Source: Tubiluchus corallicola
Lineage: Eukaryota; Animalia; Priapulida
DNA length: 64,000 nucleotides
Reading direction: 5' to 3'
NCBI GenBank assembly: GCA_030141605.1
Contig: JAQGDQ010000003.1
Location: 372,001 to 436,000, forward strand
The translations under genes were made by a program, and so were the position numbers. This document shows positions 1 to 12,800 of this stretch, in pieces; position 1 is the stretch's first letter; each line of letters begins with the position of its first letter. The notes beneath the pieces are model-generated. The model was not told the DNA's origin and did not search any database. It worked only from the letters and a program-made list of their open reading frames with translations.

Positions 1-32
1 ATTGTTAGAGTGGCTAAACTTTCGTTTCTTGT

Positions 33-212
<180 letters not shown>

Positions 213-361
213 TTAATGTGATATCCTTTGGTATCTTTAGTGGTATCAGCAGCTTTACTACTGTCCCAAAATGGTGACTTTGAAAATCAATCCCCTTTAC
301 AAACTGAATAAGCTGATGTAGTCTGAGAAACAAAGTATGATTGAAAAATTTATTATTTCAG

Positions 362-3300
362 GGAGAGGATAGCTTTAAAAATGATAAATTAGTGACTGGT
401 GGTGTTAGAAGCGGCAAATTTAATAATGGGACAATGTCAAGAGAAGAGAGGGAGTATAAGACAGACCATTACTTAGTTCAGTACATGTATATTACACGGT
501 GAGCTAATAATATGCATCAGCGTGAGAAGATGACTAGCAAATTTGCTAATAAGTATTTTAGCTACTTCACTGCCTGTATGATGATATTCTCCCTTCATAA
601 AAATGCTATTCCGACAGGGATCTATGCCAAGACTCTATTGTTAAGGTCATTTTTAAGCAAACACAATTTCTTAGTGACAAGTTAAAGCAGTCATTGCATT
701 TGTATTTCTTTTCAATATGAATTCTGTAATATGAATAAAGTAGTTTTCAAACTAGCATTGTTTCTAAAGATAGGACTCCATGTATTCATAATGCGTGTAC
801 TTAAACACATAGAAGTCTTTCCATGTGTATATAATGCATAATGTGTGATCTGTATTTACTCAAATGTGATCGCTATCATCCAAATATGCATCCCGCAGCA
901 ATACGCAGCCCGGAAACGGCCACGGAAAATGCCTAGGTGGCATAGCGAGTTTTCGTTTCCCGTGACCATTTTCGCTGATTGGCTCCCTGGTCAGGTGAGT
1001 TTTGGGTAATTTCATGAATATTTCATAATATTTCTTTCATTTAAGATTTTTGAAAGGTGGAAGAAGCTTATAATTATGTTGTTCTATATGTAGTTGCACT
1101 TCCGTCTCTAAGTGATGATGCGCACGATATTGTTCTATCCTCTGGAAAATGTTATGCTCCCAAAACCTGTGCTTTCTTTTGGATTTTTCCATGATTTCTT
1201 CGTCACTGTCACACTGAAATTTTGACTGAGACGTGGCTTCCGAAAATCCAGTTTTCACGAACTGCAAGCAAAAATGGTGGAAAGAGCAACTTGGGCTTTG
1301 GTAATACGCATAACATTTGCGGAAACACTCAATACTATCACTCATTGCGGGTCACGCGTCACTCAGACAGGAGTCCTACCTTTATACTTATTATTATGTT
1401 CTTCACCTGTCTGGAAATTTAAGCTTTAGAACTTTTAGTTTGAGATGGCTGTTGAACTATAGCAGTGACAATGTGTTGCCACCGGAATGTGTACGAATGG
1501 CTACATCCCTAGTTCAGGAAACTATACTTGGTGTTAGTTACAGATTTTCCAAACTTGAGCTAAGATTAATTATTTATTGGCTCAAAACACCAGTCTGCAA
1601 TAATTTCCTAGGCAACTTGTCTTGGTGCAAATTTCATTATTTGTTTTTTGTACTGTTGTTGCTGCTGTTGACAAGTTAGGCTTTCTGCATTGGAAAAATG
1701 TCATTTGTTTGCTGTCATTAACCTTGCTTCATCAGTATTAATAAGGTTGCTGTTCAAATGGTAGGAAAATAATACATTCATTGTCAATTGTTAATTCACC
1801 ATGTTTTTCATCATGGTTGTTAGTAAGATAAAAGATTTCCATAACATAAATTGCCTCCAGGCGAATCTTGCAATGGTATTTAACAAATGTGTGATTGTGA
1901 TACCAGAACAACATCCACGCCGTTACATTCGCTTGTTATTGTGGTTCTTATTTATTTTTTATTTGTATGTTTCAGAGCGTATGACACTTACGTTGCAAAG
2001 ATTTGCAATCGCTTGCTTTCTGGCAAATTTGAGCCTGACGTGGTCATCCTGAATAGCTGTCTATGGGATCTAACCAGGTTACTTTGGAACTAAGTTATTC
2101 TTTCATTGTGACTGAATTGTTATTGGACGCTCTCTATGGAAATTTGGCCACTCTATGTTGACCACACTCCTATGTTCATTTGTCGTCGGTCTTAAACTGT
2201 CAAATACAATTAGACTATCTTAAAAATTGCTAGGAGATTAATCTTCCACATTTATACAATGTGAAATTTCCTAAAAATAATGAAGTCGTGTGTAAGAATT
2301 TCCCACAGTTTACCTCTCGCCACTTCTATGTTCTTCTAATTCTAATCTAATTGGTCTTTAATTCTAATCTTCATAACACTGCGAAAATGGCTCACTTGGC
2401 ATAGATCTTCAGTACTGGCACATCATCATCATTAACACTAATTCATTACTGCTGTCATCATCACCACCACTGCCATCAGCATCATTGCTGTCATCATCAT
2501 CATTATTGTTTCTTCGCCTCCATTTGCTTTACTTCATTTATCAGCATTCATTATTTGATTATGCTGTAATTAAGGTCTATTCATGTTGAGCATAGCTTAC
2601 AAGTTAATTTCTTCTGATATGCTCATAGCACTGCAATGCATCATCAGTTCTGTAATTATAATATTTTGTGTTATGTAATATTGTGATAAATGGATAAATA
2701 AATCTAAATCTAAGCTTTCAAATTTAAACTTGTAAGAGAAACAAAAAGTACTGTGCAGCAACCTGCAGTGTAGAGCGAACAACACCCTGCACTCCATTTA
2801 GCATCAGTTGTGACTCACACAATTATCTTAGCCATACCACTAAATAAAAACACGAGATCATGATGTGATGAACATACTAGGATTGCACAAGTTTGTTAAT
2901 CAATTACATTAGATAGTTCTTAATACACAACTTGTGTAAATCGCTTGGTGTGATGCTTCAGAAAAATATCATTTCGCAAACGAGGTTTGAAGTTCACTTT
3001 GCAAATATTTAGCCTCATACTTTTTTCCGGTTTGCTGTATTTTCATATCACTCTATTGCCGTCTAGTTTCACCAATACAGTATTTTATTATTATCTTAAA
3101 AGTAATTTTGCCGACAATTTTGTTGGCAGTTTGGCTGATAAATGCACTAATTTGCTTAGCGGCCTTAGTACAGTAATCTTTCTTCTTAGGTATGGCAATG
3201 ACGAGTCAGTTTTTGAATGGTACAAATATAATCTGCATCGTTTGATCAACCACTTGGATAAACTTCCCAAGAAGACGCTCATCATTTGGAACACTACCCT

Positions 3301-5329
3301 GCCATTAGCAAAGGACATCAGAGGTTTTGTTCATTTTATTTCATATAAAATTTTTGAGCATTATTTCTTATTATAATTCAAACTGGTTGTATTTGGTCTA
3401 AGCTATTGGGAATTCTGACAATGGTAATGACAGCTGCGGCAGTCTCCTTTAGATGGTCGAACTTTATTGTAGTATTTTTCCAGTATTTCATCACACAGAA
3501 CAGGACATGTAATGAGGAAGAGCACTGTTCATCCATCTTCAGCTATCTTAAACACTTCTTGAACTTCGCTCCATTAATTTCAACAGAAAGCACACGTTTG
3601 TTTGTTTGTCAAATAAGCTTTTGATATTATGTGCTTCTAGATGACCTTTTGTGCATGTAAACAAATTATAGATTGCCAATAGAATTACAAGTCTAGCTAT
3701 CAGACCTTAGACATTTAATTTTTTTAATTCCTTATTTGCAGATCTCTAGTAGCTTGCACAGTAAGTTTCTAAGTGTACCACACCAAAGCAATTCTACAAC
3801 GCAACACTGTAACTCACGTAGAATGCAGGCCTATAAGTCCCAGTAGTGGAACAAGTTTGTTTATTGGTATAGGTGTACTTAGCTATCATAACTTGTTTTA
3901 TTACAGTTCTGCATTGCAAAATCTAGTTTCAACAGTTTAAAACTTTATAAAGTCAGTTCAGCTTTTGCTAGAAGTTCCATGAGTAATTTTTTATATGCTG
4001 GTTTTCATTTTTATTCTAACAGAGTGACTCATTCTTCCTAAGGTAAACGAATGTCAACATTCACTTACATTTATACAACACAAGTATAACTACGACTTTT
4101 ACTTGTACTGCAGGTGGATTTCTAATTCCTGAATGCAAAGACCTTTGCAAGACATTAAGGTTTGACATACTTGAGGCCAATTTTTGTAGTGCACAGATAT
4201 TTGATGCATACGGGTTTGATGTTGTCGACGTGAACTTCTTCATGAGAAACAAGATGAACATGTGCAGGTAAGAAGTTTCAAGCCTCTTATCGCCGATCCT
4301 CAAGCAATATTATTGCAATTTGCAAGTCTTTGGTTTTACAAATCACAAGATTAGTAATCACACATCCTATATTTGAATTTAATGCTATAGTGGCAGTATG
4401 CTAATTTTCACTAGAATTTATGGCTGTATATTTAGTTTTGTTCCTTTATTTATTTATATTTACTGTATTTTACTTGTATGGGTCACTGTCAATCCATAAT
4501 TGGGCAAAATTTATCCAAAATTCATGGCTCTCCTTGACAGAGATGAAATAAGGAAAAGTTATTCTATTATGATTATGTCACATGAAGTCAAATAATTACA
4601 GAATAGACTTTACTCTTACTATTTGTTTCTGGTACTCTTACTGTGTTTTTCTTGAGAGCTTACAAGTGGCATTTAATACACAATAAATATCTAATTTTAT
4701 GATTTCCAAGACAAGTAGATGGAATTCACTGGGACAACAGGGGGCATCGGATGATGACAAACGTCCTTCTTAGCCATATTGCAAAAGCTTGGAACAAGGA
4801 GTTACCTGTCACACCTATAGAAAGGCTTTTGGAAAATTCAGACGTGATTGAAGACGATGCTCACCACTCCCCTCCATTAGGAGATATGAATGGTCAAAGC
4901 AAGTGTAACGTTTCACCGAAAAGAATACGAGATAACAGTAAACGATGTAATCAAGATTATCGTGACGGAAATGCCAGCAATAGAATGAAATCTTACCACA
5001 TTCCAACTACAGACCAGTTAAACTATCCCCGAACAAGTACTCGCCATGACAGAAATCAAACTACGAATGTATGCGTGCCAACACCAATAAGTAAGTTAGT
5101 CAAGAAGTTTCCTATGCAAAGCCCAGGCTTACTCATGCCTCCACCATCAGTCTCTTTCACAAATACTCCAATGCCACCTGTTTTGGGCAGTGCCTTTTTT
5201 GTGTCGCAACAGCAGACCAGAAACGGGCTTTACTTTAACAACAATTCGAATTATTTTGCTGGTGGGTATGATAACAGAGTATACAGAAACAGGAATTTGA
5301 ATTCTCGATATCATCCTTATAGCTACTAA
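362..5329 (+). CDS. PCED1: PC-esterase domain-containing protein 1 (FAM113, SGNH/GDSL-like); 5'-partial, 5 coding exons in the window
   Basis: Exons 362-498, 1976-2077, 3190-3323, 4114-4267, 4711-5329, all AG/GT bounded with matching phases (2,2,1,2). Spliced peptide GEDSFKNDKLVTGG...YLVQYMYITRAY...PDVVILNSCLWDLTRYG...LIIWNTTLPL...RGGFLIPE...DILEANF...FDVVD...DGIHWDNRGHR...LLSHIAKAW matches recalled PCED1A motifs (NSCLWD, GGFL, DGVHW). The N-terminal GDS exon(s) are not seen and are presumably upstream of the window. Confidence 0.93.
1037..1200 (-). mobile_element. Decayed PIF/Harbinger transposase N-terminal fragment
   Basis: KRKHRFWEHNIFQRIEQYRAHHHLETEVQL resembles the Harbinger nuclease N-terminus (recalled consensus RRxWVHxIxxxRxxxGxFHxLxxEL). 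No DDE domain follows. CpG-richer flanks at about 880-1340. Confidence 0.55.
2415..2713 (+). repeat. Dispersed repeat copy 1 (probable LINE 3' UTR/tail with degenerate (CAT)n)
   Basis: Alignable by eye to 26255-26560 (shared gttaatttcttctg.tatgctcatagcactgcaatgcat ... taaatggataaataaat). Confidence 0.8.
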
Positions 5330-6895
5330 AATAACTTCTAAATGTGATACGTTCTACATAAGTGATGCAAAAAAAACTTTCACACAATCTGTTTTTTGGA
5401 AGCTGAAGTAACCAGGTAAGTTTCTGGAAAAGTGCTCACAATTAAATTTACCCATATGTGGATCTCTCTCTATTAGTTCAACTGCATGTACAGTTTTTCA
5501 AAATTCAAAAGTATTAAAGAGGTAAGCTATAATTTAAATATAACTAAACTCCTAGAGCTTTTTCCTACTAAAAATGTGATTAACTTTTGCGAAAATTAAA
5601 TCTTTGAGTGTTATACAGTTCTACTAATGGCTAAGTCTTTTTATAATAGTTTCTAGTTTGATTGTAGTCTTTTCAATGTTTTAACTAGCCTTTATGCTAA
5701 ACTCTTAAAGTATTTCCAGGATGTTCATGGTGCTCATTACCATTGTACAAAACCCTATCCCATGTTATTTAAAAACGTTTATTGCATAGTTCATTTCACA
5801 ATGTTTATGATATAGTATAGTGTTCTTTGTCATAGCATATGCCATATTGTTATTATTGGTATTATTCCATGCTTATACACTTACATATAGCAGTGCTATA
5901 ATTTTCATTATTATGGTCTCATTTTTTCAATTTTGAAAGCATATCAAATGTATCAATGCAGATTTGCAACAAATTGTTACATATATTTTAATTTGTAATG
6001 TGATTTGTTTAATACAGAGAAAATCGACTAAACAGTTTTAAAAGCCAGTAGAAGTATAGAATTTACCTATAAACCCCACTGTGACAGTGCGAGCAAACTA
6101 ATCCTAGTGGTAATTTTTATGTTCCACTTTCGATTTGAGTAAAACCAAACATTACTGACTTCTGCCACTAAAATGCAGAAATTTCTTCGTGTAACACTGG
6201 CCTTCATTTAATAACTTCTCACTAATACAATGTTTTGTTGGAATGCATTAAGAGCTATAAAGCTTATTATTACAGTAAAGAATGAATACTCACTCACTGA
6301 AATAAATAACCCATGCTCATCCAGTGATATTATCAACAAATGTGTATGTATATGTTCATGTTTACGAGGCTACGAGCAGCTGATGCCAAATAAATTTTTT
6401 TTTCTTTAAACTTACCATACAACATTTTGTGTTTAACAAATAAATTTGTACTACATCTATGGTTTAGTCATAGTGTTGAAATGTTAATGCTTGATAAAAT
6501 AATGAATATATTCTATTGCAGATTGCCATCACATTTATGAAAGTGCGACAAAACGCTATTAAAATTTTGGGAGTTTTGTATAACAATTAGTGTGCTTTCT
6601 TAGTTTAATCAGCATGCTTGAGTATTTTTAACAACACTGGAAATTGATTTACAGAATTCAATAAATAATTACTAGTCAAAGACAAAGACAGAGAGTACCT
6701 TAAAAAATGTCGTATATATACACAAGTTCTCTTCCAGTTATTAAAACACTCTGGGAACTAAACCTCAGATTGTGTGAAAATTCATTTATTAGAGGAATAT
6801 TAAAACATATAATATATACAACAATGGGCTAGGGAGGTATTTGATACTTGGGTATTGACACAAAAATATGAAATGATTGATTCACTTATGAATTA

Positions 6896-9800
6896 CTAGC
6901 TGAGAAATCTCACAGATTGCTGGCCAGTTGATGGCTTGCCTGGAATCTTCCTGTTTTGTCCTGTCGCAGGTCGACCGATTCCGTGAGGCATCTGTGCATT
7001 AGTTGAACGTGGATACTTGCTTGCAATTGCTTGCCCGATCGTTTCCTGGAACAATTAAAATTTTGCTAAATCAAAAAGTAAATCAAATACGTAATTTATG
7101 CTGCTTTGGAATCAACTGTGCTGCTTGCCATGTTACAGGACCACATCCATACAAAGGCAACACAAGGTATACATGTATACCACAGTGATGCAGAAATGTT
7201 GCATCTTAAGTTGCTTAGTGGAGGTGGGGGACATTTAGATTTGGAGGGTCACCCAGATCTCTCCCATTGTGTGCACACTGCACAAAATGATTAATTGTTA
7301 CAGTTTGGAGGGCAGTGTATTCGGAAATGCTGCTTCAGACGGGATCTTCAGATGGAGGTGTAAAATTAAGAAAAAATAATTTAATCTTACTTTCGGTAAA
7401 AGTCTTAATACATAATTGAAAATGTCCAGCATGTAGTCCTTGTCATGAATATCAACTTCAGATGACTTCAGAAACAACACAAAATGGCCACCAATGCAGA
7501 TTAAATGTCAAAATAATTCAACTAAGAAGCACTTTAGATTTCAAGATTTCATAAATGTATTATTAACTTGATGAATTATACTTACCAGTGTAAAACAGGT
7601 ATGAAAGCTTATTAAATGTGAAACACCGACACAGTATGACAGACGGAAAACATATTTTTTGAATGACATTATAGTGGCTTTATCAGCATTCTGGATAAAT
7701 TAAACTTTCAGTTTGCTTCGTGGAGATTAATTTAGCAACATTTCAGAAAAGCTTTTTCAGTTTCTCCTACTGTTAAAAGTTACTGCAATTGCCCTGTATC
7801 CACCATTTTCAGTGCAAATTGGACAAAAGTGTTTCTTCCAGTGGGTCATACAATTTCTCCCTTCTTTAATTTTGGTCTCAACAATTTTTGGATTTAGTTC
7901 CTCTGCATTTCTGTGCGACTGCCCTACACTTTCTCTTAAAGGAAATTCTGTTACCATAGTCCAGACGATTTAAGTCCCATTTCTTATTGACAAATTTTCT
8001 TGGGTGCTTCATCTTTTGCATTGAAAATCATGATGTACCCTGGTTGATTTGATTTCTTTGTTTTGCTGGCATGTATTGGGTGCTTTACACCTCCACGTAG
8101 CGGTTTGTTCAATTGATGATTAGCTGACATTGTTCCGGCATTATTTTTAAATTTTAATTTCTAATATGCAAAAGCTGTTTGACAATAACTTAAGAACTAC
8201 TGAAGCTATAAGCTTGTGCATTGTGATATCATGCTGTGAGATTTTAGTTTGGCAGATTACTTGCTTCTAATATTATTACAGTCTAAACTTTGGCACATTT
8301 TTTCTGCGCCACCCGATATATCTTATGGAAGGCAAGGCTTCAATTACAATCCCCTTAGCATCAAGTGAAGTGGAACATACTAGGGCATACTACACCGATT
8401 AAGTAAAAGTCAACAGTTTTAGACGTTGACGCAAGAATGAATAAGTCAATAGCAACCTTTACAATTGGTGTATGCCTCTCCACCACCACACTAGGGCCAG
8501 GCTTACTTCTACAGCGTGCTGCTCTGCTTCTCTGTTGCAAAGAAAAAATAAATCATTGTGTGTGTGAAGATACTTAAGCTTTTTATATGTTCAAATAAAA
8601 TATCATCAATTACTTTTGGAACAATAAACTGAACACTGTTAGGAGAACATTCATTATTATTACATGTAATATGTAAAGAGGGAAAGCTGGAACTAAAATT
8701 TGGCAAAAAATGAGAATTACCCATAGAGATGTACTCGCAGGCCATTAAACATCTTACACAATAAACCACAGAACTCCGCTCTTTCTTTAGTCTAATTGTT
8801 TACACACATTGTCTTTTTGTCGAGCACCAACATGGTTTGTTCTTGTTGACTTCAATTGCACCCCCTGGTGCAATTTACGCCCTTGGGTTCAATTTGGGCA
8901 TATCAATTCCATACAAGCACAAATCACACCATGTAGCTGCAAGCCACAAATGAGAACAATGCCCAAAAGATGTTCTTGTTGTTCTTATATTAACAGAGTT
9001 GGAAACTACATGAATCTATTTTAAAAAGTCTATAAGATTCAAAAAACGTACCAGAAAAAATAAATACTGTAATAAAAGACATTTTAAAAATTGGATTAAT
9101 ACAAAATAGGCAAATAATTGCAAAAATACGCACTGTTTGAGTTTTAGGCAAATTTTGTAGCCGTGAACTTGGCCTGGAGTCAGTACTGCTATCACCTGTA
9201 TCATGAACACACAGTAAGTGCTTGAAAGGCAGTCCTGAACTATGCCCAGTTGGTGTCCTCTTTGGCACAGTAATCTCAGCAACAGGAACACGCAATTCTT
9301 TCCTTTGTGGTGACAGTTCTTCTGCTCGTCGAAAACGTAATCTCGTCGACGGTCCTGTTCCCAAAAAGGCTGTTGGAGAACAAGATTGTAACTGAAGCTC
9401 TCCGTCGTACTCGGCCATTCCGCCATCGTCATGACCTTCTGAGACCACATGGATACGAACTTTTGACGGTAAACTGGAAGCAGCTGAGTCCACGCTTCCA
9501 GGACGAGGCATTTGAGACGATGAAACAGAATCGGGCTGTTCTGTTGCATAATCAGTTCTGAATCTTCTATGAACATCATCACCCTGTGGCTGGCTGTCAG
9601 GTGATTCACCTTTCAAGACAACAAAACAAAAATTTAACAAACTTGACAATAAACTTCAGATAGTACGAGCAAGGAAATGAGAGTTGTAGGACAAAGTAAT
9701 GACACACAACGGTAGTATTTCGTACTTTTCAGCAGTGTATTACCATTAATTAGCAGCAGAAACATTCCACAAATAACTAATTCTCACTATAAGTATACAT

Positions 9801-12800
9801 AGTAGTAGTGTTTACTCAAATGGACAGTACATATTTGGCTAATATATATTTATTTACTATGTTTTATGCTTGTTTTTTTGCAGTGTCTGCAATTGTGTAA
9901 TTTCTATTTGTGTAACTGTTGCCAGCCTGATTACAGTTATTATAAGCTACAAAGCTCAAACTTCAGAAGTAACTACTAGAATCAAAGTAGTAGAATCAAA
10001 ACAATGCCCCTTTATGTTTTTTAGTTTTAGCCTTAAGGCTATAGAAATAACAAAATCATTACTTTAACACTAGGACAAAACAGAATTCTCCTGATTGCAT
10101 TAGTTTGGTTTACCTTCTGACTGAAACATGCCTAGTGTTTCCATATTGAGTGCTGTAACACCACGCATAAATGCTTGCTTAACAGATGCCTCGTACTTCT
10201 CTCTCTCCTCTTTCAACCTTGAGATTTCTTCTCTGCACTGTGTAAGCATATTGTTGAGCTACAAACAAACATGAAATAAAGTAAAACTGACGTCAATAAA
10301 AAATAAAAACCAAGTTTATCATAGTTTGGGATATATAAGAACATGTTCATATTGAACACATTATAAATAAGTGGCATAAAGTTGGATATCAGAGGCTGCG
10401 TCTTTTTCTCTTGGACTCCAATTCTTGAAATTCTTTTGCTTTTTATTCGACCTAAATTCATCGGCTTTGCTCTCACATCAACCACATTTCTGCAATTTAC
10501 TTCCAAATCTTGCTACTGTCGACTGCATTTCAGAAATCACTTAACGGCTTTTTTCCCAAGTTGCTGCCATTAGATGATAAACTCAATAAACTGACATTTG
10601 AGCAACAACTATAAAATGCATCTCTATATTAAACCCAATTTGCAATAATTGAAACCCGATATCCTAACTACATGTCAGAATCATTTTTCTTAAAATGTCC
10701 TACTAATGTAATAGCAGTGCTGACAAGGACAAAGACACAGGTGTAACTATAAATAGGCTTAGTTATACGTGAATGGGTATGCATCTTCCCCTAAAAGACA
10801 ACAGTCAGTCAATTTATAATGGCAGTAAGGCTGGATAGATTTCTTAATCTATTTAGCTGCACTGTCAACATAACGTTGCTGCTGAATGTTTCAGTAAGTA
10901 AAATGCATGGAAATCAACTTATTTGACTAGTAAAACAAAAAGCAATTTGTTCATGATACACAGCTAAATAAAAGAAAAACACAATCTTTCATGAATTTTA
11001 AATAGGTAAAGAATTCAATCAAGGCTATGAGTGAAAACATACCTCGTCTAATTTTGTTTCGTAATCGTGTTGCAAATTGAGGCAAACTTCTTCTGCTCGT
11101 GCCTGGCATGCCTGCTCTACTCTCTGCCGCCAATTTGCTTCTAAACGCAAACGCCACTTGACGAAGCACTTCTGTGTGAGCTTACGATCACGGTACTGAT
11201 CTGCAATTTTACTCAACACGGCCTGTAAGATGATATATGTTGCATGAAAAACAACGATCATCTTAAGAGTTGAGTCAAGTGGGAAAACTAGTGTTTAGAG
11301 AGCTGGACAGCAAACACAAACGTGTCAAATTCCACTTAAGTGTCTCGTTTCTCATCTGCTGATAGTTTATATCAGTACTGTGTTTACTAACACTAACACT
11401 GTTTACTTATATAACAAGCAGCTCATTTTTCTATACAGTTCAGCACACTACAAACAGCATTCAGTGACTGGGCCTACTTATTTTGATGCAACTTACCCAT
11501 AGTCAAGGACAAATTTCAAAAATGAAACAATAATAAACTGGAAAAGGTGTCGTATCCACTTTTGTGGCAGATATGTACACCCTCACGATTCAGATAAAAA
11601 GCTGGGGTAGTGCGGCAACTAAAAATGCTCAGAAACAATTTTCCGTTCAGCCATGTATCTAGTTCTTCATGGAATTTATAGTCATTTAAATTCAGTCTCT
11701 AAGCACATAGTGTGACCACACAGCTGACGATTAATACTACATCTTTTTAAACTTTCACAGAGGAAGTACATTTACTTGTTTCAACACCAGTTTATCTTGT
11801 CAGCTGTTATAATAATAGTCTTTTGCATCATGACATTATAGTTTTGCATTAGTTATTAGCAATGCCTATACCTGGCGCTGTTTTTCAGCATGTTCCACTC
11901 TCCAGGCAAAGAACGATCTTGCCATGTGAATTTTTTGCTGCTGCCTCTGCAAAGCCTCTGATAAGTTGGTGATGATTTGATCCTTTCTTGCTATAGAGTT
12001 CTCGTAGGTTGCAGCCAAATCCTTTGAGGATTCTGCAAGGCTTTGCAATCGCTTAAATTCTTCCTTGTGCCTGTAATATGATAATAAGAGTGCTTTTGTA
12101 CATGTGCAGTGCAGAACAACATAAATCTTATATTAAAAACACTAACAAATCACACAACCTTAATTCAAGAAAAAATGCAAAAACACATAAATTTGGTTTT
12201 TGACTTCAAGTATGTCGGCTTTTTCATTAATTACTATAATTCTTGGTCATAAATGATTTCTCGGCATAGAATAATGATTCACAGAATATACTGAAAAATA
12301 AGACGTGCTACTGTTGCCTCTATATAAAATTAAGAGTTCATTAATTCGCCCTCGCACAATCGTACATGACCCTTAAAAATTACTTAAAGAAAAAGCCTTT
12401 TGGTAAGTTGAGCTTATTTTAATCTCTAAAGTTAAACTAGAGATTATTAATACTATTTTTTGCATTTTAATGGATCTCGTTGCCCATTGTGTAATCAAAA
12501 ATAGTAACGGATGGTAATATAATAACTTGGTAATAACCTTGTCAAAGTAATAGAATAATTATAGAATAGCAAACTATAACTGAACCCTGTAAGCTAAGTA
12601 AACTGCCCTCAACTAATGTATGCCCAGCCTCGCAGAATTTTGTGCTTATCTTATATTATGTGTAGTACTTACACATTTTAATGTATAATTCTGTGGATTA
12701 AAGCTATGTAAGCACTTTAAACTTGTTGCTAATTGATCCGATGACACAGTTAAACACAACACTAGAATAGCGGAATTTCTAGGTGAATTGCAAAAGTTTT

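Noticed and set aside
7760-8130. Minus-strand ORF 7757-7957 as an extra POC5 exon or LINE fragment
   Set aside because: POC5 exons 8457 and 7045 join in frame without it, and the similarity to RTE is too weak to call.
8808-8940. Possible extra POC5 exon with a small palindrome (aattgcacc..ggtgcaatt)
   Set aside because: In-frame stop from the best acceptor; exon 9134 splices in phase directly to 8531.
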